NCBI GenBank assembly: GCA_902494545.1
Contig: CABUTP010000001.1
Coordinates: 1-33,987, forward strand
DNA: 33,987 bases
Origin: an uncultured Collinsella sp.
Lineage (GTDB): Bacteria; Actinomycetota; Coriobacteriia; Coriobacteriales; Coriobacteriaceae
Direction: 5' to 3'
The notes below the pieces were generated by a model. It was given only the letters and a program-made list of their open reading frames with translations. It did not search any database and had not been told where the DNA came from. Positions 19,902 to 30,307 of this stretch are shown piece after piece. Positions within the stretch are counted from its first letter, which is position 1, and each line of letters begins with the position of its first letter. Position numbers and translations under genes: made by a program.

Positions 19902-22355
19902 ATGCGGCATGTGCATATTCATGTGACGGGCATTGTGCAGGGCGTTGGCATGCGACCATTTGTGTATCGCGAGGCTATGGCGCATGGCATTTGCGGCTGG
20001 GTGCTCAACGCGGGCGATGGAGTGCACATCGAGGCGCATGCTTCGGTCGAGGCACTCGACGGCTTTGTCACCGCGCTGTCGGAGCACGCGCCCGCCGCGG
20101 CCCGCGTTGAGCATGTCGCTGTTGCAGACCTGGAGCCCGACACTTGGGATGCCGACGATGAGCAGGCCTTTCGCATCGTAGCGTCGCAGGATCAGACCAT
20201 GCACACGACGCTCATCTCCCCCGATATCGCCACCTGTGACGACTGTCTGCGCGAACTGTTCGACCCCGCCGACCGACGCTTTCACTACCCCTTTATCAAC
20301 TGCACCAACTGCGGGCCGCGCTTTACCATCATCCGGTCGCTGCCTTATGACCGAGCGGCCACGTCGATGGATTGCTTTCCCATGTGCCCCGAATGCGCCG
20401 CAGAGTATGGCGACCCGCTTGACCGGCGCTTTCATGCGCAGCCCGATGCCTGCTTTGACTGCGGGCCACATATTACTTGGCGCGAGGTGGCGGGCGACAT
20501 GGAGCTCGAAGGCTCGGGGGCGACGCCAGCCGTCGGCAGCACGCGCGAAACCAGCGATGCCATTATTGACCGCTGTGTCGAACTGCTGGCCAGCGGCGGT
20601 ATTGTCGCCATCAAGGGCCTGGGCGGATTCCATCTGGCCTGCAACGCCGCCAATGAGCAGGCGGTGGTCGAGCTGCGCCGTCGCAAGCGCCGCAGCAACA
20701 AGCCGCTTGCCGTTATGGTGCGCAGCCTTGCCGATGCTGAACGCCTGTGCCATGTCGATGATGCCGAGCGCGGCTTGCTAACCGGCAGCATCCGCCCCAT
20801 CGTGCTGTTGCGCCGGCGTGCTGTTGGCGAGGGAGATTCCCCCGACGCCCCTACACTCGCGCCATCCGTCGCGCACGATCTACCCGAGCTCGGCGTCATG
20901 CTCCCCTATACACCGCTTCAGCATCTGCTGCTTGCAGCTGCCGCGTCGCATGACATGCACGCGCTAGTCATGACCAGCGGAAACCTGAGCGAGGAACCTA
21001 TCGAGACCGACGATGTCCTTGCATGGGAACATCTTGTTGCAGCCGGCATTGCCGACGCGCTACTTGGCAACGACCGTGCGATTCTCTCGCGCTACGACGA
21101 CTCCGTGGTACGTGTGGTCGACGGCACCGTCATGCCCGTGCGTCGCGCACGCGGATATGCGCCTCGGCCGTTGCCGCTACCGGCACTCGACACCGTCGAG
21201 CCCTGCGTGCTCGCATGCGGCCCACAGCAAAAGGCAACGATCGCATTCACACGCGAGGATGCGAACGGCGAGGCGGCCTGTTTTGTGTCGCAGCATATCG
21301 GCGATGTCGAAAACGGCGAGACCTTCGATGCCTGGAGCGCCGCGCGCACGCGCTTGGAAGATCTCTTTGACTTGGCGCCCGCCGCCTTGGCCTGCGATTT
21401 ACACCCCAGCTATCTATCGAGCCAGTGGGCGCGTGAGCAGGCGCGAAAATGCAATCTGCCGCTCGTCGAGGTGCAGCACCATCATGCGCATATCGCAAGC
21501 GTAATGGCCGAGGCCATCGCCACGGGCCAGCTTACAACCGACGCGCGCGTCCTTGGCATCGCCTTTGACGGCACGGGAGCGGGCACCGACGGAACCATTT
21601 GGGGCGGCGAGTTCCTTGTTGCCGGCCTTGCCGATTTTGAACGCGCCGCACACCTGCGCACCTGGGTGCTGCCAGGCGGTGCCGCATCCGTGCGCGATGC
21701 CCGGCGCAATGCCTTTGCCCTGCTGAGCGAGCTCGGCCTGCTCGAGCACCCGGGTGCCGCGGGGCTATTGGACACCCTTGACGAGCAGACGCGCAGCATC
21801 ACGGCTACGATGATCGAGCGGAACATCAACAGCCCACGCACGAGCAGCATGGGGCGTCTCTTTGACGCCGCCGCTGCAGTTTTGGGCATTTGCGGGCAGG
21901 CAACCTACGAAGGCGAGCCCGCCATCGAACTCGAAGCCGCCGCCTGGCGCGCGCTCGGCAGTAAGCCCGTTCGTCTCGACGGCAATCATACAGGCGTGTT
22001 CACGTCTGCCGACGACTCCCCCATCTTGGACCCCCAACCGCTCATCGAAGCTCTTCTGAATGGAATCGAGGCAGGCGCGCCGGCCGACAGGCTCGCCCTC
22101 GGGTTTCACATCGCCATTACGCACGCTACGATCCACATCGCGTGCGAGATCTGTGATCGCGAAGGCATCGATACCGTCGCGCTCTCGGGCGGTGTGTTCA
22201 TGAACCGGCTTTTGCTTCAGCTCCTTACCCACGAACTCAAAGACGCCGGTCTTGCCGTCTTGGTCCCCCACACTGTGCCCGTCAACGACGGCTGCATCGC
22301 CTACGGTCAGGCGGCTGTCGCGCGCGCTCGTCTTGCGCAGATCGCATCGCAATAG
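19902..22355 (+). CDS. hypF: Hydrogenase maturation carbamoyltransferase HypF
   Basis: GIVQGVGMRPFVY acylphosphatase-like domain, zinc fingers CDDC..NCTNCGPR and CPEC..CFDCGP, KGLGGFHL, QHHHAH and GGVFMN. Start 19902 follows AGGGGAG (alternative 19887). Confidence 0.97.
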   Translation: MRHVHIHVTGIVQGVGMRPFVYREAMAHGICGWVLNAGDGVHIEAHASVEALDGFVTALSEHAPAAARVEHVAVADLEPDTWDADDEQAFRIVASQDQTMHTTLISPDIATCDDCLRELFDPADRRFHYPFINCTNCGPRFTIIRSLPYDRAATSMDCFPMCPECAAEYGDPLDRRFHAQPDACFDCGPHITWREVAGDMELEGSGATPAVGSTRETSDAIIDRCVELLASGGIVAIKGLGGFHLACNAANEQAVVELRRRKRRSNKPLAVMVRSLADAERLCHVDDAERGLLTGSIRPIVLLRRRAVGEGDSPDAPTLAPSVAHDLPELGVMLPYTPLQHLLLAAAASHDMHALVMTSGNLSEEPIETDDVLAWEHLVAAGIADALLGNDRAILSRYDDSVVRVVDGTVMPVRRARGYAPRPLPLPALDTVEPCVLACGPQQKATIAFTREDANGEAACFVSQHIGDVENGETFDAWSAARTRLEDLFDLAPAALACDLHPSYLSSQWAREQARKCNLPLVEVQHHHAHIASVMAEAIATGQLTTDARVLGIAFDGTGAGTDGTIWGGEFLVAGLADFERAAHLRTWVLPGGAASVRDARRNAFALLSELGLLEHPGAAGLLDTLDEQTRSITATMIERNINSPRTSSMGRLFDAAAAVLGICGQATYEGEPAIELEAAAWRALGSKPVRLDGNHTGVFTSADDSPILDPQPLIEALLNGIEAGAPADRLALGFHIAITHATIHIACEICDREGIDTVALSGGVFMNRLLLQLLTHELKDAGLAVLVPHTVPVNDGCIAYGQAAVARARLAQIASQ

Positions 22356-22423
22356 CTCGCCCTCGCACGCCGCCGCGCTCAACCGTCTCACAGGTGTAAC
22401 GCGTTTGCTCGCGACTCCCGCGA

Positions 22424-22450
22424 GCGTTACCATCATCTGATGGGTAATTA
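22424..22450. promoter_or_regulatory. Candidate NikR operator upstream of hypC
   Basis: GCGTTA-N15-TAATTA with a nearly palindromic spacer (CATCATCTGATG). It resembles the GTGTTA-N15-TAACAC type of NikR site. Confidence 0.35.
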
Positions 22451-22489
22451 GGCGCCTATCCAGCGCAAAACGTATAAAAGAGGAACATT

Positions 22490-22750
22490 ATGTGCCTTGC
22501 CGTTCCCGGTAAAGTAGTCAAACGCGACGACGACCTTAAGGCGACCGTCGACATGATGGGCATCGAGCGCCCCGTTTCGCTGCGCCTCGTGCCGACGGCA
22601 CAGGTAGGCGACTATATTCTCGTGCACGCCGGCTTTGGCATTCAGATTGTCGACGAGCAGGAAGCCCAAGAGACACTCGAGCTCGTCAATACCATGACCG
22701 AGCTGGCCGAAGAGGACCAGCTCGCCACTAACCCGGCCGAGGCATACTAG
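22490..22750 (+). CDS. hypC: Hydrogenase maturation chaperone HypC
   Basis: MCLAVPG N-terminus and VGDYILVHAGF motif. Confidence 0.97.
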   Translation: MCLAVPGKVVKRDDDLKATVDMMGIERPVSLRLVPTAQVGDYILVHAGFGIQIVDEQEAQETLELVNTMTELAEEDQLATNPAEAY

Positions 22751-23865
22751 TGGCGGCGACGCAGCCGGTTCGCTCCGGTATCGACTTTTCGGCATTTCGC
22801 GACCCCAAGCTGGCTCGCGAGCTCATCGATCGTATTCATGAGCTTGTCGGTAACCGCAGCATCAACCTTATGGAAGTCTGCGGTACGCACACCGTGAGCA
22901 TTGGCCGCTATGGCTTTCGCTCCATCATGCCGACGGGACTCAAACTGCTAAGCGGCCCGGGTTGCCCCGTTTGCGTCACCGCCAACCGCGACATCGATCA
23001 CGCAATCGCGCTTTCCAACATGGACGACGCCATCATCACCACCTTTGGCGACATGATGCGCGTTCCCGGATCGTCCACCTCACTTGCCGCGCAAAAGGCG
23101 ACGGGGCGCGACATCCGCATCGTCTACTCTCCGCTCGACGCACTCGACATTGCCGAGCAAAATCCCGAACGCCCGGTCATCTTTATGGGCGTCGGCTTTG
23201 AGACCACAACGCCCACCATTGCCGCCGCTATCCTGGAGGCCGACGCGCGCGGGCTCCAGAACTTCTCGGTCTACTGTGCTCACAAGACCACGCCGCCGGC
23301 TCTGCGTGCGATCTCCAACGACCCCGAGACGACCATCGACGGCTTTATCCTGCCTGGTCACGTCGCTACCATCACCGGCCTGGCGCCCTTTAGCTTTTTG
23401 GTCGACGAGTTCGAGACCCCCGGCGTAGTCACCGGGTTTGAGCCAGTCGATATTCTGCAGGGCATCTGCATGCTGGTCCAGATGGTTGTCGAGAACAGGC
23501 CGGCGATCGACAACGCCTACCGCCGTGGCGTCAATGCAGACGGCAATCCCGTAGCGCGCCAGCTGGTCGAGCAGGTATTTGAGCCGTGCGACACCACGTG
23601 GCGCGGGCTGGGACCGATTGCCAACTCGGGTCTTTCCATCCGACCCGAATTCGCGCGCTTTGATGCCGGCGCCCGCTTTGACGTGCCCATTGAACCGACG
23701 GTTGAGCCACGCGGGTGCCGCTGCGGCGACGTGCTGCGCGGTGCCATCACGCCGAGCGACTGCCCGCTCTTTGGCCGCACCTGCACGCCCGAACACCCCG
23801 TCGGCCCCTGCATGGTGAGCTCCGAGGGCAGCTGCGCGGCGTACTACCGCTACCGCGACTATTAG
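22750..23865 (+). CDS. hypD: Hydrogenase maturation protein HypD
   Basis: MEVCGTHT, GPGCPVC, GFETT, PGHV and GPCMVSSEGSC motifs. Confidence 0.97.
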   Translation: MAATQPVRSGIDFSAFRDPKLARELIDRIHELVGNRSINLMEVCGTHTVSIGRYGFRSIMPTGLKLLSGPGCPVCVTANRDIDHAIALSNMDDAIITTFGDMMRVPGSSTSLAAQKATGRDIRIVYSPLDALDIAEQNPERPVIFMGVGFETTTPTIAAAILEADARGLQNFSVYCAHKTTPPALRAISNDPETTIDGFILPGHVATITGLAPFSFLVDEFETPGVVTGFEPVDILQGICMLVQMVVENRPAIDNAYRRGVNADGNPVARQLVEQVFEPCDTTWRGLGPIANSGLSIRPEFARFDAGARFDVPIEPTVEPRGCRCGDVLRGAITPSDCPLFGRTCTPEHPVGPCMVSSEGSCAAYYRYRDY

Positions 23866-23946
23866 GTTCCGCCGTTCTAACGAACAGCGGGCCGGTCGAC
23901 GCTGCGCCTCACCCATATAATTCCACCCACGATTGGAGTTTTCGAT

Positions 23947-24981
23947 ATGTCCCGTACTGCCACCGATAGCACTGTCCTGCTGGGCCACGGCTCCGGCGGC
24001 CAGATGATGAAGCGCATTATCGATGAGGTCTTTCTGGATGCCTTTGGATCGCCCGAGCTGCTTGCAGGCAACGATGCCGGTGTCGCCGCGCTGCCCGCAA
24101 GCGGGCGAATCGCCATGTCGACCGACAGCTTTGTGGTAACGCCGCAGTTCTTCCCCGGCGGCAATATCGGCCGCCTCGCCGTATGCGGAACCGTCAACGA
24201 CGTCGCGACCTCGGGCGCTAACGTGCGCTACCTGTCGTGCGGCTTTATCCTCGAAGAGGGCTATCCCATGGACAAGCTGCGCCAGATTGTGCAGACCATG
24301 GCCGAAACGGCACATGAGGCAGGTGTGAAGATTATCACCGGCGACACCAAGGTGGTCGAGCGTGGCGGTGCCGACGGCGTCTACATCAATACCGCCGGCG
24401 TAGGCGAAGTGCCCGCGGGCGTAGCGCTCAGCGGTGCAAACTGTCGGCCCGGCGACGCCATCCTGGTATCGGGTACGCTAGGCGACCACGGCATCGCCAT
24501 TATGAGCCAGCGCGAGGGCTTGGCGTTTTCGAGCAACATCGAAAGCGACGCTGCGCCGCTCAATCATCTGATTGCCGACGTGCTCGCCGCCGCCCCCGAC
24601 ACCCGCTGCTTCCGCGACCCCACGCGTGGCGGCCTGGCATCCACGCTCAATGAGTTTGCCCAGGCCAGCGGCGCTGCCATGGAGGTCGACGAGGATGCCG
24701 TGCCCGTGCGTCCCGACGTGCAGGCCGCCTGCGAAATGCTCGGCTACGACGTTCTGCAGGTGGCAAACGAGGGCAAAATGGTCGCCGTGGTGCCGGCTGA
24801 GCAGGCCGATGCCGCGCTGGCGGCCATGCGCGCCGCCCGCTACGGCGAGAACGCCGCCATCATCGGTCGCGTGCTGCCGCTTGCCGAGGGCGCTCGACCC
24901 GCCGTGCGCGTACGCACCGGCTGGGGATCGACCCGCATCCTCGACATGCTCGTAGGAGAGCAGCTGCCGAGAATTTGCTAA
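23947..24981 (+). CDS. hypE: Hydrogenase maturation protein HypE
   Basis: HGSGG, GTVND, TGDTKVV, RDPTRGG, ANEGK and the C-terminal PRIC motif. Confidence 0.97.
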   Translation: MSRTATDSTVLLGHGSGGQMMKRIIDEVFLDAFGSPELLAGNDAGVAALPASGRIAMSTDSFVVTPQFFPGGNIGRLAVCGTVNDVATSGANVRYLSCGFILEEGYPMDKLRQIVQTMAETAHEAGVKIITGDTKVVERGGADGVYINTAGVGEVPAGVALSGANCRPGDAILVSGTLGDHGIAIMSQREGLAFSSNIESDAAPLNHLIADVLAAAPDTRCFRDPTRGGLASTLNEFAQASGAAMEVDEDAVPVRPDVQAACEMLGYDVLQVANEGKMVAVVPAEQADAALAAMRAARYGENAAIIGRVLPLAEGARPAVRVRTGWGSTRILDMLVGEQLPRIC

Positions 24982-25106
24982 CGACAGAGATGGTCGGGCA
25001 GCGCGGCCCGATACACGGTATTCAAAGTTGTTCAGATTTCAAACATGCCCGACATGCCAGCCCGGTATCATGGGTGCGTCCTATAACCCAAACGGCAGGA
25101 GCACCC

Positions 25107-25775
25107 ATGGCAGCAGCTTTTTCCCATGTGATTTTTGATTTAGACGGCACCCTCCTCAACACGCTCGAGGACCTGGCGGCAGCCGGTAACCATACCTGCG
25201 AGATGCACAGCTGGCCCACGTTTGCCGTGGACGAGTACCGCTACAAAGTGGGAAACGGCATGCTTAAGCTGGTCGAGCGCTTTATGCCCGCCGAATATGC
25301 GGGCGACGGCCGCGCCTTTGAGCAAACGCTTGCTGAGTTTAGGGCTTACTACGGCGAGCACAAGGAGGACCACACCGCCCCCTATGCCGGCACGATTGAG
25401 ATGCTCGACCGTCTGCGCGCAGCGGACGTTCAGCTTGCCGTGCTCACCAACAAGGACCATATTTCGGCAGCCCCGCTTATCGAGAAATACTTTGGCCCCA
25501 ATCGCTTTGCGCTGGTACAGGGCCGTGTTGATGCGTTTCCGCCCAAGCCCGAAGCGCCCGTCACACTGCATGTGCTGGAGGAGCTGGGTGCCGATCCGGC
25601 AACCACGCTCTATGTGGGCGATTCGAATGTCGATGTTCTGACCGGCCACAACGCCGGCCTTAAGAGCGCGGGCGTCAGCTGGGGCTTCCGCGGCCGCGCA
25701 GAGCTGGAGGCCGCCGGCGCCGACTACGTGGTGGACACCCAGGACGAACTTGCCGAGCTGATCTTGGGCGAGTAA
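25107..25775 (+). CDS. HAD-superfamily hydrolase (phosphoglycolate phosphatase-like)
   Basis: FDLDGTL, LTNK, KP and YVGDS..D motifs. AGGAG RBS before ATG 25107. Confidence 0.9.
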   Translation: MAAAFSHVIFDLDGTLLNTLEDLAAAGNHTCEMHSWPTFAVDEYRYKVGNGMLKLVERFMPAEYAGDGRAFEQTLAEFRAYYGEHKEDHTAPYAGTIEMLDRLRAADVQLAVLTNKDHISAAPLIEKYFGPNRFALVQGRVDAFPPKPEAPVTLHVLEELGADPATTLYVGDSNVDVLTGHNAGLKSAGVSWGFRGRAELEAAGADYVVDTQDELAELILGE

Positions 25776-25793
25776 CCGCTCATCCCTCCCACG

Positions 25794-25884
25794 GGTAGCC
25801 AATGTGGGACGGGACTCTTTTAGCTGCCCCCGCACCAAAGGAGTGTCCCCAACTGCCGGCAGAAAAGAAACGTCCCCAAGTGCC
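25794..25884. repeat. Cluster of three degenerate REP-like ..GTCCC units
   Basis: AAAAGAGTCCCGTCCC on the minus strand (25806-25821), then AAAGGAGTGTCCCCAACTGCC and AAAAGAAACGTCCCCAAGTGCC on the plus strand. Confidence 0.55.
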
Positions 25885-25885
25885 G

Positions 25886-26080
25886 CCCCAATGACTACCA
25901 TGGCAACGTCGCAGGTAGAGGACGGACAGCGAGCGGGCACCAGAGCGAACAAATTGGCATGAAAAGAGGACGGCATAGACCTTCTGGTCATGCCGTCCTC
26001 TTTGAATGACAAGTTGTCGCTCTGGTGCCCGCGCAGCGTCGAGCAGTTACGGCGTTTGGTAAAACGCCGTAACGAACTAC
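25886..26080. repeat. Structured non-coding repeat element, copy 1 (long bulged hairpin plus short hairpin)
   Basis: 100-nt hairpin at 25933-26032 with a GACC-TTCT-GGTC apex. Second hairpin GTTACGGCGTTT-GGTA-AAACGCCGTAAC at 26046-26073. Homologous to 33791-33983. Confidence 0.85.
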
Positions 26081-26092
26081 CGCGTAACTCCC

Positions 26093-26650
26093 CTAGCTCA
26101 TCATGGCATTCATCATCTCGTTGGTTGCGGAATCGTCGGCAGACCACTCGCCGTCGTCATTGCAGGAATACTTGAAGGTGACCTTGGTGTCCTTGGTCTT
26201 AGCAGCCTTGGTCACATCGACCATAACCTGACCGGCCATCTTGTACAGCTCGTCATCGGAAGGCATCGAATCGAGCGCAGCGACCTTCTCCTGGTACTGG
26301 GTGGCAAAATCCTCAACGATCTGGTTCATGGACTTGCAGGTAATGGTGACCTCGGCAGTCGCGGTGCCCTTGTCCTCATCGACCGTCACGTCGCCGATCT
26401 TGTAGTCAAAGCCCTCGAGATAGCTCTTGGCGTACTCCTTGGGATCGATGCCCAGCTGCTCGAACTCGTCGCCCGAAGCCTCTTCCAGGCCGGCGAGGAA
26501 GTCGTCGCCACCGTTCTTGACCTCGTCAAACTGCGTCGTAAGATCCTCGGTGATGAGCTCCTCAACCGAAGGACCTCCGCAGCCGGAAAGCACAACCACG
26601 CACGCGACCAGAACAGCCATCAGGGGCACAAGCAGCAGCTTCTTTTTCAT
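26093..26650 (-). CDS. Putative lipoprotein
   Basis: MKKKLLLVPLMAVLVACVVVLSG|C lipobox; acidic mature domain. Confidence 0.85.
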   Translation of the reverse strand: MKKKLLLVPLMAVLVACVVVLSGCGGPSVEELITEDLTTQFDEVKNGGDDFLAGLEEASGDEFEQLGIDPKEYAKSYLEGFDYKIGDVTVDEDKGTATAEVTITCKSMNQIVEDFATQYQEKVAALDSMPSDDELYKMAGQVMVDVTKAAKTKDTKVTFKYSCNDDGEWSADDSATNEMMNAMMS

Positions 26651-26829
26651 GAGATTCCTCCCAACAAGCGGCACCGCGCTTCCCGACGCGGTGCACGTCG
26701 TAACAATAAGGCCATACTAGCCGCTAACGAACACCCCCGGCAAAGCAAAGGCGCAGTCGGCTCGATTTAACGTCCGAACGGTTTACCGGTCCGCCCAACG
26801 CGCAATAAAACGTTCCGCCGCATTGTAAT

Positions 26830-26860
26830 AAAAAAGGGTGGTCGAACGATTCGACCACCC
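26830..26860 (-). terminator. Intrinsic terminator after the PTS EIIA gene
   Basis: GGGTGGTCGAA-CGA-TTCGACCACCC, an 11-bp stem followed by T6 on the minus strand. Confidence 0.85.
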
Positions 26861-26885
26861 CAAAACACCTTTATGTTGCCGCAGC

Positions 26886-27422
26886 TTACTTGCGGACGAC
26901 CTTGACGATGGCATCGCCGGCGGCGACAGCGGAGTCAGCCTCGACGGTAAGCTCGACGTCAGCGAACTCGGCGGTGTTGGACACAGCCACGACGACGCAG
27001 TCCTTGTAGCCGGCAGCGGCAATCTTGGCGCGGTCGATCTTGAGCATGGGCTGGCCAGCCTTAACGACATCGTCAGCCTTGACGAAGCCCTCGAAGCCGT
27101 CGCCGTTCATGTTGACGGTATCGACGCCAACGTGCACCAAAACCTCGATGCCGCTATCGGACTGCAGGCCCACGGCGTGACCCATGGTGACGGTCACCTT
27201 GCCGTCGCAGGGAGCGTAGACCAGGTCGTCCTCGGGCCACACGGCGCAGCCCTTGCCCAGTACCTCGCCGCTAAAGACGGGGTCGGGCACGTCGGCCATC
27301 TTGACGACCTTGCCCTTGACGGGCGAGCACAGCACGTCAGCGCCGGCGGAAGCAGAGATGGAGGCAGGAGCAGCGGCAGCCGCGGGCTCAGCCTTCTTCT
27401 TGAACATATCAAACAGACCCAT
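26886..27422 (-). CDS. Stand-alone PTS glucose-family EIIA component
   Basis: VPDPVFS...LGKG, HAVG and EVLVHVGVDTV (phospho-His). GAGGAG RBS before ATG 27422. Confidence 0.92.
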   Translation of the reverse strand: MGLFDMFKKKAEPAAAAAPASISASAGADVLCSPVKGKVVKMADVPDPVFSGEVLGKGCAVWPEDDLVYAPCDGKVTVTMGHAVGLQSDSGIEVLVHVGVDTVNMNGDGFEGFVKADDVVKAGQPMLKIDRAKIAAAGYKDCVVVAVSNTAEFADVELTVEADSAVAAGDAIVKVVRK

Positions 27423-27562
27423 GCGTTTTCTCCTCTTGATTAAGCGCAACGTTATGCGCATGCTTATGGTGATTATAGTGCCAAATGGTTCAAATGCTAA
27501 GGTGGGGACTCGAATCGTGAGCCCATCCCAAGGCTATTCCCCAGCGGCACTCATATTGTCGA

Positions 27563-30191
<2,629 letters not shown>

Positions 30192-30307
30192 GGCATCACT
30201 ATCGTTGATTCAGTCATATGCTGTCGTGATTTTGATATTAGCAGGAATGCGCGCGCGGCGTACTCTGACTTCAATCGATTTAAAAGGTTGGTTTTAGAGG
30301 AGTGGAT

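Noticed and set aside
25794..25900. Short spaced repeats as a possible CRISPR array
   Set aside because: The units are short, degenerate and in mixed orientation, with no spacer-sized intervals and no cas genes.
25933..26073. Long hairpin as an integron attC site or a retron msd
   Set aside because: No RYYYAAC...GTTRRRY ends on the long stem, no integrase or reverse transcriptase in the window, and the flanking genes are not cassette-like.
26046..26073. Small hairpin as merely a terminator of the convergent HAD and lipoprotein genes
   Set aside because: It has no U tract, and it is conserved at fixed spacing within the larger repeated element. A secondary terminator role is not excluded.
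25140..26175. ORFs crossing the structured element (25140-26147 minus, 25990-26175 plus)
   Set aside because: No recognisable domains, and the longer one is largely antisense to the HAD gene. The sequence pattern is explained by base pairing rather than coding.
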